Of a DNA stretch of 64,000 bases, positions 38,131-51,357 are shown one piece after another (the stretch's first letter is position 1; each line of letters starts with the position of its first letter). The position numbers and the translations under genes were made by a program. The stretch covers positions 106,082,001 through 106,146,000 of the forward strand of contig NC_042998.1 of NCBI RefSeq assembly GCF_006345805.1, read 5' to 3'. Below the pieces are notes generated by a model that did not search any database, was not told the DNA's origin, and saw only the letters and a list, made by a program, of their open reading frames with translations. The DNA comes from Octopus sinensis. Its lineage: Eukaryota.

Positions 38131-38336
38131 GATTAAGGTATTTGTCGATGTCTATATTTTTCAAGTATTATCAATTTTGAACTAAGGTTGATAACTTGTT
38201 GCTGCAAGTGCTTCAAAATTTGGCTTTTCTTAACAATACATAAATTACAATTTCTCCCCCACTCCTCTATAGTCTGAAAATATCAAGTATTTTTCATTTA
38301 ACATTATAATTATATATATATATATATATATATATA

Positions 38337-39465
38337 GGAGAGGAAAAAATAATAAGGCAGAATGCTAAATTGAAAGTAAATTTTAATAAAAATGGGTGTA
38401 TGAAAAATTAAAAAAGAAAAAAGAAATCAAACCAGCTTACATTGCAAGGCAAATTTTCAAGATTTGGAAGGGGGAAAAACTTTTTAAAAGAAATTTACAC
38501 TGCTTTTTCAAAAAAATAATAATACATATATACAAAAATTAATAAATAAGTATACCAATACATTGAAGTGTCTTATGCTTTTAGAGTTCAATATTAGAGT
38601 GCTTTGGAGGATTAGGATGCGTGTGTTTAAGTGTAGTGTTTAAGTTTGAAAGAGTTGGGTGATTGTGTGTCAAAACAGGAAATGGGGGAAACAATTCTGT
38701 GGATTTCATGCTCTTTTATTGGAATGCTGGATTTTTTGTCAAACAGGATGCTTATATCAATTTTTTGTCAGATAGGATGCTAGAAAAAGGAACATGGTCA
38801 ACATGGAGTTTGCATATGAAGACACGTTTGGAATTTTTCATTAAAAAGATTCTCCTTGTTGATTCTTTCTTGTGTAGAGATTCTGTCTTTACATTAGTAG
38901 AAAGGGAATATGTGAAATTTGGGATTTTTATCTCTAGTGCAAGAGATGACCATACTCCTTTTTCTAGCATCCTATCTGACAAAAAATTGATATAAGCATC
39001 CTGTTTAACAAAGAATCCAGCATTCCAATTAAAGAGCATCAAAATCCACAGAATTATCTCCCCTTACTCACAGGAACTGGATAACTCCTACCCCATTTCT
39101 TGTTTTGACACACAATCACCCAACTCCTTCAAACTAAACACTACACTTAAACACATGCATCCTAATCCTCCAAAGAAGTTTTTCCAAGGACTAATATTGA
39201 ACTCTGAAAGCATAAGACACAACAATGTATTGGTATACTTATTTATTAATTTTTGTATATATGTATTATTATTTTTTTGAAAAAAACATTGTAAATTTCT
39301 TTTTTCCCTTTCCTCAATTAAAAAAAAAATGTTTCCCTTCCAAATCTCGAAAATTTGCCTTACAATGAAAGCCATTTGATTTATTTTTTCTTTTTTAATT
39401 TTTCATACACACATTTTTATTAAAATTTACTTTCAATTTAGCATTCTGCCTTATAATTTCTCTCC
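38337..39465. mobile_element. Foldback / long-TIR non-autonomous DNA element (1129 bp)
   Basis: Arms 38337-38789 and 38947-39465 are reverse complements; 157-bp spacer; TA|GGAGAG...CTCTCC|TA. The same peptide WNAGFFVKQDAYINFLSDRMLEKG appears on both strands in the ORF track. Confidence 0.85.
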
Positions 39466-39619
39466 TATCATTTCTCAGCGTGTGGTTGACACAACCCCAC
39501 CATTTATTGACATATATATATCATCATCATCATTATCATCATCGTTTAACGTCCGTTCTCCATGATGATGATGATGATGATATATATATATATGTATATA
39601 TACATATATATACACATAC

Positions 39620-39663
<44 letters not shown>

Positions 39664-39964
39664 TATATATATAATATATATATATATACATATGTATACA
39701 TACATATGTATATATACATATATATATGCATGTATGAGTGTATATATATATATATATATACATATATATACATACATGCATACATATATATATATATATA
39801 TATACACACACATGTATATGTGTCATCATCATTTAGTATCCATATACATATATATGTGTGCATGTGTGTGTGTGCACGTGTGTGTGTGTGTGTGCACGCA
39901 TGTGTGTGTGTTTGTATACATATGTATATTATGCATATTTATATATGTTGAGTCTCATGGAGGT

Positions 39965-40502
39965 GATGACAATTGACCAAGACTTTTGGAGATATGGTGT
40001 ACTTGAGAAGACTTGGCAAGCCAAATGAGACCATAACCATGGCCTATGCCAGTGCAGCATAACCGGCTCATTTAAGAGTACCCTTCAATCATTGGGAAAT
40101 AAACTGCATTTGCGAAGACCTGTTGAGTCAAATGAAGTCATTGTCAGGACTGATGACAGTACTACCTAATTGGCACCCATGCCAGTGGCACGTAAAAAGC
40201 ACCATTTGAGCGTTGTTAATGCCAGTGCTACCTGACTGGCTCCCATGCTGGTGGCATGTAAAAAGCACCATTCAAGCATGGTCAATGCCAGTACTACCTG
40301 ACTGGCCCTCATACAGGTGGCACATAAAAAGCACCCACTACACTCTCAGAGTGGTTGGCATTAGGAAGGGCATCCGGCTGTAGAAACTTTGCCAGATCAG
40401 ATTGAAGCCTGGTGCAGCCTTCTAGCGTGCCAGCCCTCAGTCAAACCGTCCAACCTATGCCAGCATGAAAAGCGGACATCAAACGACGATGATGATGATG
40501 AT
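39965..40502 (+). mobile_element. RTE 3' end
   Basis: C-terminal remnant, 3' UTR repeats, conserved terminus and (GAT)n tail. Confidence 0.88.
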
Positions 40503-40510
40503 ACATATAT

Positions 40511-40570
40511 GATTGATTGATTGATTCCAGTTCCAGCCTATGAGCTGTGGCCATGCTGGGGCACCGCCAT
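40511..40570 (-). mobile_element. 60-bp 3' tip of the CR1 family at 42205-44560
   Basis: Near-exact reverse complement of 44499-44560, including the (TCAA)n tail. Confidence 0.85.
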
Positions 40571-40614
40571 TATATATACATATATATATATAAACATACA
40601 TATACACATATATA

Positions 40615-40649
<35 letters not shown>

Positions 40650-40653
<4 letters not shown>

Positions 40654-41420
40654 TCATCATCATCATCATCATCGTTTAACGTCCGCTTTCCATGCTAGCA
40701 TGGGTTGGACGGTTCAACTGGGGTCTGGGAAGCCCGAAGGCTGCACCAGGCCAGTCAGATCTGGCAGTGTTTCTACAGCTGGATGCCCTTTCTAACGCCA
40801 ACCACTCCGAGAGTGTAGTGGGTGATTTTATGCGCCACCAACACAGGTGCCAAACAAGGCTGGCGAACGGCCACGCTCGGATGGTGTTTTTTATGTGCCA
40901 CCGACACAGGTGCCAGACGAGGCTGGTGAACGGCCACGATCGGATGGTGTTTGTTACGTGCCCACAGCACGGAGGCCAGTCGATGCGGTACTGGCTACGG
41001 CCATGTTCGGATGGTTTTCTTATGTGCCACCGGCACTGGTACCACAAAGATACAAATTCCATTGATGTTCATCTATTTTGATTTGGTTTTCACTTGCCTC
41101 AACAGGTCTTCACAAGTGTCACAAGAAGGAAGGTATGCACAGGTGGACTGACTACGTCCCAGGTAGGGGCCACGGGTTATGGCCTCACTAGTCTTGCCGG
41201 GTCTTCTCACACACAGCATACTTCCATAGGTCTCGGTCTCTAGTCATTTCCTTGGTGAGACCTAATGTTCGAAGGTCGTGCTTCACCACCTCGTCCCAGG
41301 TTTTCCTGGGTCTACCTCTTCCACAGGTTCCCTCAACTGCTAGGGTGTAGCACTTTTGCACACAACTATCTTCAGCCATTCTCATCACATAACCATACCA
41401 GTGCAGCCGTCTCTCTCTTA
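40650..41420 (-). mobile_element. RTE 3' end (young copy)
   Basis: Near-identical to 6919-7930; VEGTCGRGRPRKTWDEVVKHDL. Confidence 0.93.
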
Positions 41421-41445
41421 TATATATATATATATATATACATAA

Positions 41446-41541
<96 letters not shown>

Positions 41542-42158
41542 ATATATGCACATATACAAATATATGTATCATCACCATCATCATTTTATATCCATATATC
41601 CATATATATATATATATATATCATTACTTCGGCATATTTGTTGTTCCCTCCATTCAGATGGCTAACTGCCATTTGACAAAGACACATACGCATCATTAGC
41701 TTTCAAAGTGTTTGATACTTTTACAACTACTTTTTTTCATCTTGGAAAGTAATTGTAGATTCCAACAAATTCATTCATGTTGTGAGTGAGATATTTTTTG
41801 ATGTATCTGTGTGTAAGTGTATTTATGTGTATGTGTATACATATGTACATATATATGTATATGCATGTACATTTATACATTCTCACATATATATATGATA
41901 TATAGAATATATATACATGCATATATACACATATACGGGTGTGTGGGTGTGTATGTGTGTTTGCTTTTGTCAAATTTTTGTGAATGTAGTGTTTGCAGTT
42001 ATATGAATGTATATATGCATGTGAGCAAAAGAGTGTGTGCATGTGCATGTGTGTGCATAAGCATATGTATGCACAAGTGTATGTATTGTTTGTATGCATA
42101 TATATATATATATATATACAGATAGATAGATACATACATACATACATATATATATATG

Positions 42159-42204
<46 letters not shown>

Positions 42205-42209
<5 letters not shown>

Positions 42210-44560
42210 GAGCACGGACATGCAGCCTACAAGAAACCCTCAAAATCTTTCCAGCTTGAACTACCATAAGGCAAACTGGAAACAAATTGAGAAAGAGATC
42301 CTCAAACAAAACTGGCCTAAATGTCTCTCCTCGCCAGACATCGACGTGAAACTTCAACAATTCATGTCTGTAATGCAAGCCATATGCTACAAATGTGTCC
42401 CAGAGAGAAAGGCCACTGTACACAAGAACAAAATCCCCAGAGAGAGGAAAATTTTAATGAGACAGCGTACGAAATTTTCAAATCGCCTAAACAAACAGAT
42501 TGAAAGCAGTGAAAAGTCCCGCCTAAAAATAAAACTGTTGGAAATCGTAAAATGTCTGCAACTCTCCCATGAAAAAGAAAGAGCAGACAAAGAAGCCTGG
42601 GCTATAGAAAACATAAAATCTAACCCCAGAGCTTTCTACAGGTATGCCAAAGAAACAGCTACAGTGCACTGTAGAATAGGGCCACTCCTCGAAAAGGATG
42701 GCACACTTACAGGAAAACAATGAGGGTAAGTGAAATACTGAATGAGCAATTCAAGAGTGTTTTCACTCCACCCCTTGGGCATCTCCAAATCACCAATCCA
42801 ACTGACTTTTTTACCACTGCAGATATAAAATCAGAGGCGGCGACGATGGATTACATCGATATAAAGGAAGACGATGTAACCAAGGCTATAGATGAAATGA
42901 AAACAGACTCAGCTACTGGCCCCGATGGATTCCCGGCAATCCTCCTAAAAGCATGTAAGAGAGTCCGAGCAAGACCACTTCAGTTCCTCTTTCAGAGCTT
43001 CCTTGCAGCTGGCAAACTTCCAGGAAAACTGAAGGAAGGTAAAATATGCCCCATTCATAAAGGAGGTAGCAGAGCGGAAGCCAAGAACTATAGACCTATC
43101 TCTCTGACCTCACACATCAGCAAGGTCATGGAACGAATAGTCAGAAGGAAGCTGATCACCTTCCTTGAAGAGAATGACTTGCTGCCCGACACCCAACATG
43201 GTTTCCGACCAGGGAGAAGCTGTTTAACTCAGCTCCTACAACACTATGACTGGATGCTGAAACGGCTGCTCAACCACTCAAATGTGGAAGTGATATATCT
43301 CGACTTTGCAAAGGCCTTTGATAAAGTCGATCATGGAATGATATGTCACAAACTGCGTGATCTCAACATAGTTGGAAAACTGGGAGAATGGCTTCATGAC
43401 TTTCTGAAGGATAGAAGTCAGGTGGTAGTAGCCAATGGGGCCACCTCCATTAACACACAAATAGTGAGCGGTGTTCCGCAGGGCACTGTTCTGGGACCAC
43501 TACTGTTCATAATGGCCCTCTCAGACATGCCCTCAGCCACGCAGAGAGCCACGATCACAAGTTATGCAGATGATACAAAAGTTTCACAGGCAATACAGAA
43601 CCCTGAGGACACTAAACACCTGCAATGTGAGCTGGACGAAATATACAAGTGGGCTGAAAAGAATAGCATGCAGTTCAATGCTGGAAAGTTTCAAGCTTTA
43701 TACTATCAGCATGCAAAACTGAATACAATACCCAATGAATACACTGGACCCAGAGGGATTGCAATCCCAGAGGCACAATCAGTGCGTGACCTGGGTATTC
43801 ACATGAGTGATGACGCAACCTTTCATGTACATGTTGCTAAACTGACAATGAAATGTAGACGGCTGGCTGGATGGATTCTTAGAACCTTTAGAACAAGAGA
43901 ACAAGAAACCATGATGGTCCTCTGGAAGACACTTGTCCTAAGCCACTTTGACTATTGCTCTCAGCTATGGTCACCATCCAGTGTCAAGTTGATCACAGAA
44001 CTTGAGGCGATCCAACGAAGCTACACAAAGAAGATAGCCTCTATGCAGAATGTAAGTTACTGGGAAAGACTCAAGAGATTAAAATTATATTCCCTGGAGC
44101 GTAGGCGGGAAAGATATGCCATAATATACATCTGGAAGATCCTGGAGGGAAGTGTCCTGAACTTTGGCATCGAGAGTTACGCAAATGCCAGAACTGGGCG
44201 CCACTGCGTGGTGCCTAGGACTCCAAACCTGCCATCAAGATGTAGGACAAGATTCTGTGATAGCCTGGGCTTCCGAGGCCCACAGCTCTTCAATATCCTC
44301 CCGAAGAACCTGAGAGACCTGCATGGGGTGGATACAGATGTCTTTAAAATGAAGCTGGATCTCTTCCTGTCAGGTGTCCCAGATGAACCAACTTCACGGC
44401 AGGAGGGGCAGATGAGGGCAGCTGCATCGAACTCTCTCATGCACCAAATAGCAGTTGCTAGAAAGCTTCCATGAAGTGAAACCAAGTAGCAACACCAAAT
44501 GGCGGTGCCCCAGCATGGCCACAGCTCATAAGCTGAAACTGGAATCAATCAATCAATCAA
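42205..44560 (+). mobile_element. CR1-group LINE, 5'-truncated, young
   Basis: ORF2 continuous from 42205 with one frameshift at ~42720; short 3' UTR and (TCAA)n tail. Confidence 0.95.
42720..44474 (+). CDS. LINE ORF2 reverse transcriptase (584 aa, lacks the endonuclease)
   Basis: YRPISLTSH, QHGFRPGRSCLTQL, YLDFAKAFDKVDH, GVPQGTVLGPLLF, YADD and RDLGI in one open frame. Confidence 0.9.
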   Translation: MRVSEILNEQFKSVFTPPLGHLQITNPTDFFTTADIKSEAATMDYIDIKEDDVTKAIDEMKTDSATGPDGFPAILLKACKRVRARPLQFLFQSFLAAGKLPGKLKEGKICPIHKGGSRAEAKNYRPISLTSHISKVMERIVRRKLITFLEENDLLPDTQHGFRPGRSCLTQLLQHYDWMLKRLLNHSNVEVIYLDFAKAFDKVDHGMICHKLRDLNIVGKLGEWLHDFLKDRSQVVVANGATSINTQIVSGVPQGTVLGPLLFIMALSDMPSATQRATITSYADDTKVSQAIQNPEDTKHLQCELDEIYKWAEKNSMQFNAGKFQALYYQHAKLNTIPNEYTGPRGIAIPEAQSVRDLGIHMSDDATFHVHVAKLTMKCRRLAGWILRTFRTREQETMMVLWKTLVLSHFDYCSQLWSPSSVKLITELEAIQRSYTKKIASMQNVSYWERLKRLKLYSLERRRERYAIIYIWKILEGSVLNFGIESYANARTGRHCVVPRTPNLPSRCRTRFCDSLGFRGPQLFNILPKNLRDLHGVDTDVFKMKLDLFLSGVPDEPTSRQEGQMRAAASNSLMHQIAVARKLP

Positions 44561-45329
44561 TGATATATATATATACTTACATATATGCATGCAGGCATCA
44601 ATGCATACATACATACGTACACACATAGATACAAAAAAGAGGTTGACACAAAGATAGAGAGCTAGAGAGAGAGAGAGAAAGAAAGAGAGAAAAGGAGAAA
44701 GAGAGAGCGCGAGATGCTAGCATAGTTGTGCGTGTCTTTGTGTCAAGGTTAACTTGTGTGTATGTCTATATAGTTTTGTGTGTATGCAGAAAAAAAGAAT
44801 AGGGTAAATATCTTTTGCCTGCAGATGTATCTTCTTCCTTAAAAAGCTGATATTTGCTATAGAGAGAAAAACAACTGCCATAATAGATACAAAGCACATA
44901 GACGGGTGCACACGCATACACACACAAAAAGGCTATTACAAATAATACAGGAACAAGCAGTTAAAAAAATTGAGACATTCAGACAAATAATATAAATTAA
45001 AAACAAAACAAATAAACATTAAATAACAAAATAAATATTCCATAGAGTAAAAAGCATTGTTTTCTATAAGTTGATGTATTATTTTCAAATGGTGAGTGCA
45101 CATATGCACTCATCTACATGGTACTATATTATTATACACATACTGACATAGATTTACACTGATATATACACACATATACAAATCAATATTCATATTCAAA
45201 TGCATAACAAACTTAGATACATACACACATATATGCACATATGTATATGGATGTATACATATATAATGCACGTATGATAATGATGATATATATATACATA
45301 TGTAAACATGTGTATATATATATAAGATA

Positions 45330-45598
45330 CTTGCATCTTGGGCAAGTATCATCTACTATAGCCCCAGGTTGACCAAAGCATTGTGAGTGGATTTGTTAGA
45401 TGGAAACAAAAAGAAGCCCATCTTATATATCTTTATATATATGGGAGGGTGGTTGGCATTAGGAAGGGCACCCAGCTGTAGAAACTTTGCCAGATCAGAC
45501 TGAACCTGGTACAGCCTTCTGGCTCACCAGTCCTCAGTCCAACACATGCCAGCATGGAAAATGGACATTAAACGACGACAATGATGATGATGATGATA
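45330..45598 (+). mobile_element. SINE A middle fragment (45330-45425) followed by an RTE 3' terminus (45440-45598)
   Basis: cttgggcaagtatc...gtgagtggatttg; ttaggaagggcacccagctgtagaaac...(GAT)n. Confidence 0.75.
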
Positions 45599-45783
45599 TG
45601 TATATTTCAAAGTCTATGAGAATTACTTAATACAGTTTTTAAATTGTAAAGGCGTTTTTTTAAAAACTTTTTTTTTTAAATGTTATGAAATATTTTATGA
45701 AGATGTTACTAAACTTTTTTAGGAGGAAGTTTTTTTCTACTGTGTGAGAACTTTTGTTAAACCTTTTTAAACACGTGCTCTTA

Positions 45784-45822
<39 letters not shown>

Positions 45823-45989
45823 GGTAAAATCCCCCTTCTGTCATAAATGACCGTAGAATTGCACATAGAATGTTAACCTCCAAGGCACAAGTCTGGGCAA
45901 GGTTGTTTATGGAAGACCAGCAGTTGCCCATGCATACAAGCCTCCTCTCTCCATGCTACTGATGTCATTCAATGTTATATATATAGTTT

Positions 45990-46760
45990 ATGAGTATACT
46001 GTTTGAGTGGATCTTCTTCAGTGTAGTGTCTCTCCGTATGTTACAATCCTGTGACATCTTCGAGCAATTCCAGCCTCTTTATATCAGCCTTCATCACTTT
46101 TCTCATATGTCTTTCTTAGGATTCCTCCCAAACAGGTTCCTTCTTCTTGGAATGCTTAGTACTTTCTTTAGTTCTTTCTTACCTAACTACCATCCTCAGT
46201 CTTCTCTTTTCTACTCCACCTCTAATAACTCCCCTGCCTCCTGGTTTTTCTCACTTCATTTGTACTCTATTATTCATATTTACAAACATTACACATCAAG
46301 CAGAGTAGATTCCCATCAATATTCTCCACATCTGTAATCAATATTCATGTTTTGTTACCAAGAAACATTGTACTACATCCACAAATTTCATACAATCTGT
46401 CCTTCAATTGGAAATAGAATTAGTTTGTTGCTTACAAAGTTAGTAACTCACTGGACTTTTTCCAATGTGTTCTTAATACGGCTACTATTTTTTCAGAACA
46501 TCCACTTTCACTGTTAATTAGGTCACCTAGGTAACAGAAGTTATCAACTACTTCTAAATTGCCTTCCAAGCATTTGAAAGAATATATTTCATTAGTGCTT
46601 TTACTGCCAACTACTTTTGCACATCTGCTTCATATAAAATCTTTCTTCATTGTTAGCCTGCCTGTGAAATCTGTGAAGCTACTGCACCTCTTGTGCACCC
46701 ATACACACTGGTTATAACTACATGGACTTCCTACCCATCTTCTGTATATCAAACAGCGTT
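45990..46760 (-). mobile_element. Old RTE ORF2 fragment
   Basis: CLEGNLEVVDNFCYLGDLINSESGCSEK, homologous to the thumb region at ~8200-8300. Confidence 0.75.
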
Positions 46761-47931
46761 ACTTGCTAAGTAGCAGTAGAGTCGAGTCATGTCTTTTTTT
46801 TTTGTCTATTAAATATAACTTCTGTCTTTACTAGGCTTACTCAAAGATCTCTCAATTCTTGAATTTGCTTCCATGTTTTGAACTTCTTCACAAATCATTC
46901 AAACAGATTAAGCTATTAGAACTAGGTTAATGGCATACACAAGTGCCTATATACAACCACTCTGGAGCTACATTTTTATAGCCTGGAGAATTATAATAAA
47001 CAGCAGGAGGCTTGCATGCTCTCCACTGTGCCCTCCAATTCAATCAGGCATTGGAGGCCTCTAAACATTTTCAGTTAGAAGCCTTTTGTAAATTCTCCAT
47101 ACACCCCAATGTTGCAAATGCATTTTTTTAACTGATGTATGTGTGATTTGGTTTACAGATAAACATGTTTGATGTTTCTGCACATTCAATCATTAGCAAG
47201 AATTTTTGAAACAAGTGCTTATTTGTCAGTTTAAATTTCTGCCTCAGGTCATAATATTAAGTTAACCTTTTCTCAAATGCCATTTAGCTTCTAACTATTT
47301 TTCTGTCTGTGTCTTGTTTACCTCTCTTTTTATTAAGATTTCCCTCAAGACAATTTAAATATTCTTTCTTCTATATCACCATATTAATTTTAAATTAATT
47401 TCATTAATTGCCACAATGTATATTTTCCCAAGAGTTTAGAAAAATTGGAAAACTGACTCCTGATGAAATAAATAATATTGATCTGCCAAATCTCACTTAA
47501 GCTATGATGTTTTCTCAAAATTAAACTCAATCAGTCAGAATTATGGTTAACAGCATTCCAAGCCATGACGATTCTCTCTTTATTAATTTAGGTCTCGTGC
47601 ACTTTGGACAAAAGTATCCAAGGCACTCATTCTTTAAGACAGTACACTTGAGATTTCTAGTACTTTGAACAACTCTATAGAAGTTCCACCTTATGAACAA
47701 AAACACCATTGGTTGGAGAGCCAATCACTGGCTCACTACATTTACTAGGACAACAAGGATGAAGGTTTATCTGTATAACTTGGACAGAACTAATGTCACA
47801 TGAGGTTTTTGGTCAAAACCAGCAGTTTTATTACTTTCATTTCAATAGTTGTCTTTCATACACATCAATCAAATCTATCCACAAGGCTTTGTTTGGGCCA
47901 TGGCTATAATAGAAGACACTTGCTCAATATA

Positions 47932-49192
47932 GTGGGTTGGCAACTAAGTTCCTGCCGTTTTTTTAAATTTTGGAATCTATTTTTTTGAGAATTCAATTTT
48001 TGAATCATTTTGGAATCTATTTTGTTGTTTTCTTGTTAATTTTAGTTAATTTTTGTTGATTTTCAGATCATTAAAATGGATTGTCAAGTTAGGAAAAACG
48101 AGCATTTTCAACACCTCCTTCTTTTTGCTTTTAATCAAGGTTCTAAGGCTGCAAAAGTTGCTCACAACATTTGTGCTGTCTATGGAGAGGGTGCCATAGC
48201 TGAAAGAACCGCTCGTGATTGGTATGCCAAGTTCAAAAATGGAAATTTTGACCTCAAAGATGCACCTCGTTCTGGCTGTCCAGTTGAGTTTGAGCAAGAG
48301 CAATTAAACCAACTTTTGCACGAAAATTCTCGTCAAGGGAACTGGCAGAGAAAATGGAATGCACCCACACTGCTGTAGAGAAGCATCTTCACTTGATGGG
48401 AAAGGTTCACAAGTATGGAGCATGGGTTCCACATGCTTTAAGTGACAACAACAAAAATCAATGAGCCACAATCTCCACTGGTTTGCTTGCTTGTCACCGC
48501 TCAACTCATGGACACAAGCAACAACTTCTTTACCGAATCGTTACTGGTGACGGAAAATGGTGCCTGTACATCAATATGAAGCAGCGTAATGAATGGCTTA
48601 GCCCCAGTAAACAAGCGACACCGCGCGTGAAACAAGATCTTCATCCGCATAAAACAATGTTGTGCATATGGTGGGACTGGGAAGGGATTATTCATTACAA
48701 ATTGCTTGAATGGGACTAAATGGTCAATGTGGAGCTCTATGTTCAACAGATGGAATGACTCAACATGGCTATTCAAGAGAAAAGACCTAATCAGCAGCAT
48801 GGAGTTCTTCTGTTGCACGACAACGCCTGCCCTCATATCATCAATATGACCAAGGAAGCCATTCAAACACATAGCTGGAAAGTGCTGCCACACCTGTCGT
48901 ACTCTCCTGATTTGGCACCAACAGATTTCCACCTCTTTTGATCTCTTTCAAATGCTTTGCATGGAGTTTCGTTCAATACTGATGCAGAATTGAAAGCTTG
49001 GTTGGATAAAATTTTTTGAGTCAAAATCGGGTGATTTCTACCAACGAGGTATTGAAAATCTTGTTGAACATTGGGAAGAAGTTGTAAACAACAAGGGTGA
49101 ATACATTATTGATTAAATAGTTGTTGCTTTTTATTAAACCTTTTAAAAAATTTAGATTCATAAAAATGGCGGGAACTTAGTTGCCAACCCAA
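47932..49192 (+). mobile_element. Full-length mariner (1261 bp), mellifera-like TIRs
   Basis: ~28-bp TIRs (t/g)tgggttggcaactaagttcc(c/t)gcc; TA TSD at 47930-47931 and 49193-49194. Confidence 0.95.
48076..49116 (+). pseudogene. mariner DD34D transposase pseudogene
   Basis: WVPHAL, VTGD, HDNA and YSPDLAPTD with 34 residues between the last two Asp; several stops and frameshifts. Confidence 0.92.
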
Positions 49193-51357
49193 TATCATGC
49201 AGTGGACTGAACCCAAAACTATGTGGTTGTGAAGTGAACTGCTTGACTACACAGACACGCCTGCACGTATCAGTGACAAAACTCAGCTCCAAAAAAAAAA
49301 GTGTAATTAAAAATTACAAGCATTTCCACCTACACAATTCTACTGATTCATGTTTTTGTTTTTGTTTATATAAATAAAGGTAAAAGTTATTTTTTAAAAG
49401 AGGCTGTAGGGACTTCAACAAACCAATTCCTTTAAGGTGCCTATGATATTTCAGGCTTCTGGGGTATCCATTAGATTACTTGAACACACACATGCATACA
49501 CTCATACACCAACCTGTGCATACACACAAACGCATATACAGGCAAGCACACATGCACACATGTACACATGCACACACATATGACATGCATTTACTCATAC
49601 ACACACATTCACATACCTGCAAAATGTACAGAGTAGAGCAAATATATCATCATAGAGAGAAGGCCATCACATGGAAATTACCATTTGCCATATAAGAAAT
49701 TAAACCTCACATACTTTGTATGCAGTGATATTTTGATAGCCATGTATAAGATAAATAAAATTGACCAGTTCTGTGGAAATCAATTGGTTTTTGCAAAGTA
49801 TTCAGCTACCAAGATTTTAGCTATTATCTCTCATAGAATTTGGCCTCCAAAAGCCTGCATCAAATCATTTTTATGTCACGGTCAATATATGTTATGCTTT
49901 GATCACTCAGTATTAAATGTTGCTTCATTAATATATTACATTTGTTAATTACATTAATAAGTGCATTCATTTGTACTTGAGCAACCTAAGTCTTAATACA
50001 ATGATCATCGAATGTCAAAATCTGTTTTTTACAAAGAGAACTGTATCCAGATTTTTTGTTTATATTTTCATAAAGGTAAAGGCTATTAAGTTAGAGTCAT
50101 CTTATTTTTTCCTATCACTTTCCATAAGATAATTTTGTTAATTCCATAAGATAGTTTTATTACTGTATAAACAAAATTTAGTACAGGAAAGATTTTTCTC
50201 AGTATCTTTATAAGTCACTTTTTCATGCTTTTCAATCATGAATGTTGCTATTACAATCAGTTTTTGAATCAGTGTCCCCAACTTCTAGCCTGAAAGTCAG
50301 TAAGGCATGTCTTTAGACAGTTCCATCTCTGGTGCAGTAGAAATAATATATTTAAAGAAGGAAAAGTAGACACATTCAGTCTTTAATATTTAAATGATTC
50401 TTCCTCTTGATTTGTAACTTCTTCGTGCATCCTCCAGATACTTCATCTTACTGATTTTCACTATGGATTCTTTCTCAGGTAAAAAATAAATGTCTATGAA
50501 ATTTTTCTAGACATGTTAACAACGGCAATCATATAATTTCATAACAAAATGAAAATGAAACTTAAAATTGTCTTTATAATATTTAACAAACAGTAGCCTA
50601 CAGCAATATGATGATAAATTCTATGCAGGTGTTTTATGAGCTAGCTGTATTATACCAGAAGTTCAAGAAGCAATTATATGGTTGCTTATGTAACACCAGA
50701 CTCTATTAACACATAACAAGTATACATTATAATAATAATTTTTATTTGCGATAATAATACTTGACCTTCACTTACCAACAAACAATTTGTGTAAATTCAC
50801 TCTCATTTCTCTTAAATTATGCAAGATATTTCACTGGGTATTATACACACAACTATATTCTACTTTCATTCCTTTTATGTTTTAGTGATAGTGTCATTTT
50901 ATATGACACAATTACCAACATTGTTTAGAGAAGGTTTCAGCTATAATGTTTATGAGGGGACCCATCCCTATTTTTAAAAAGTATCAAATTATAGAAAACA
51001 CATTTCTGTATTGTAAGTGGCAGATAGAGATTTGCATGCACAAGTGTGTATGTGTGTGTGTAACAGTGGGTTGTTTGATACGCATAGCAATGAAAACAGG
51101 CATTTGTACAGTCAATGAACTTTGTGGTAATTGATGACACTGATATTTACTATAATGAATTAGGGTATAAAACTATAGATTTCAGCGTATGCTACATTTG
51201 TAAATTAAATGTAATTAAGCACATTTGACAGTCATAAAGTCATAAACAAATCTCTTTTTATGCTTTCATATGGGAAACAGCTGGTTGAGCTCCAATCTTT
51301 AATGAGAATTAATCAGCAGCAGCTGATGACACATATCTATCCACAACAAAACCATAT

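Larger units (their letters stand above)
47855..49262 (-). mobile_element. SINE A head split by the mariner insertion
   Basis: gaagacacttgctcaa[TA-mariner-TA]tcatgcagtggactgaaccc rejoins into the SINE A consensus. Confidence 0.75.

Noticed and set aside
50421-50478. 41-bp + strand candidate exon ILHLTDFHYGFFL resembling a metallophosphoesterase DxH motif
   Set aside because: Too short, no partner exons found, and the opposite strand is equally open.
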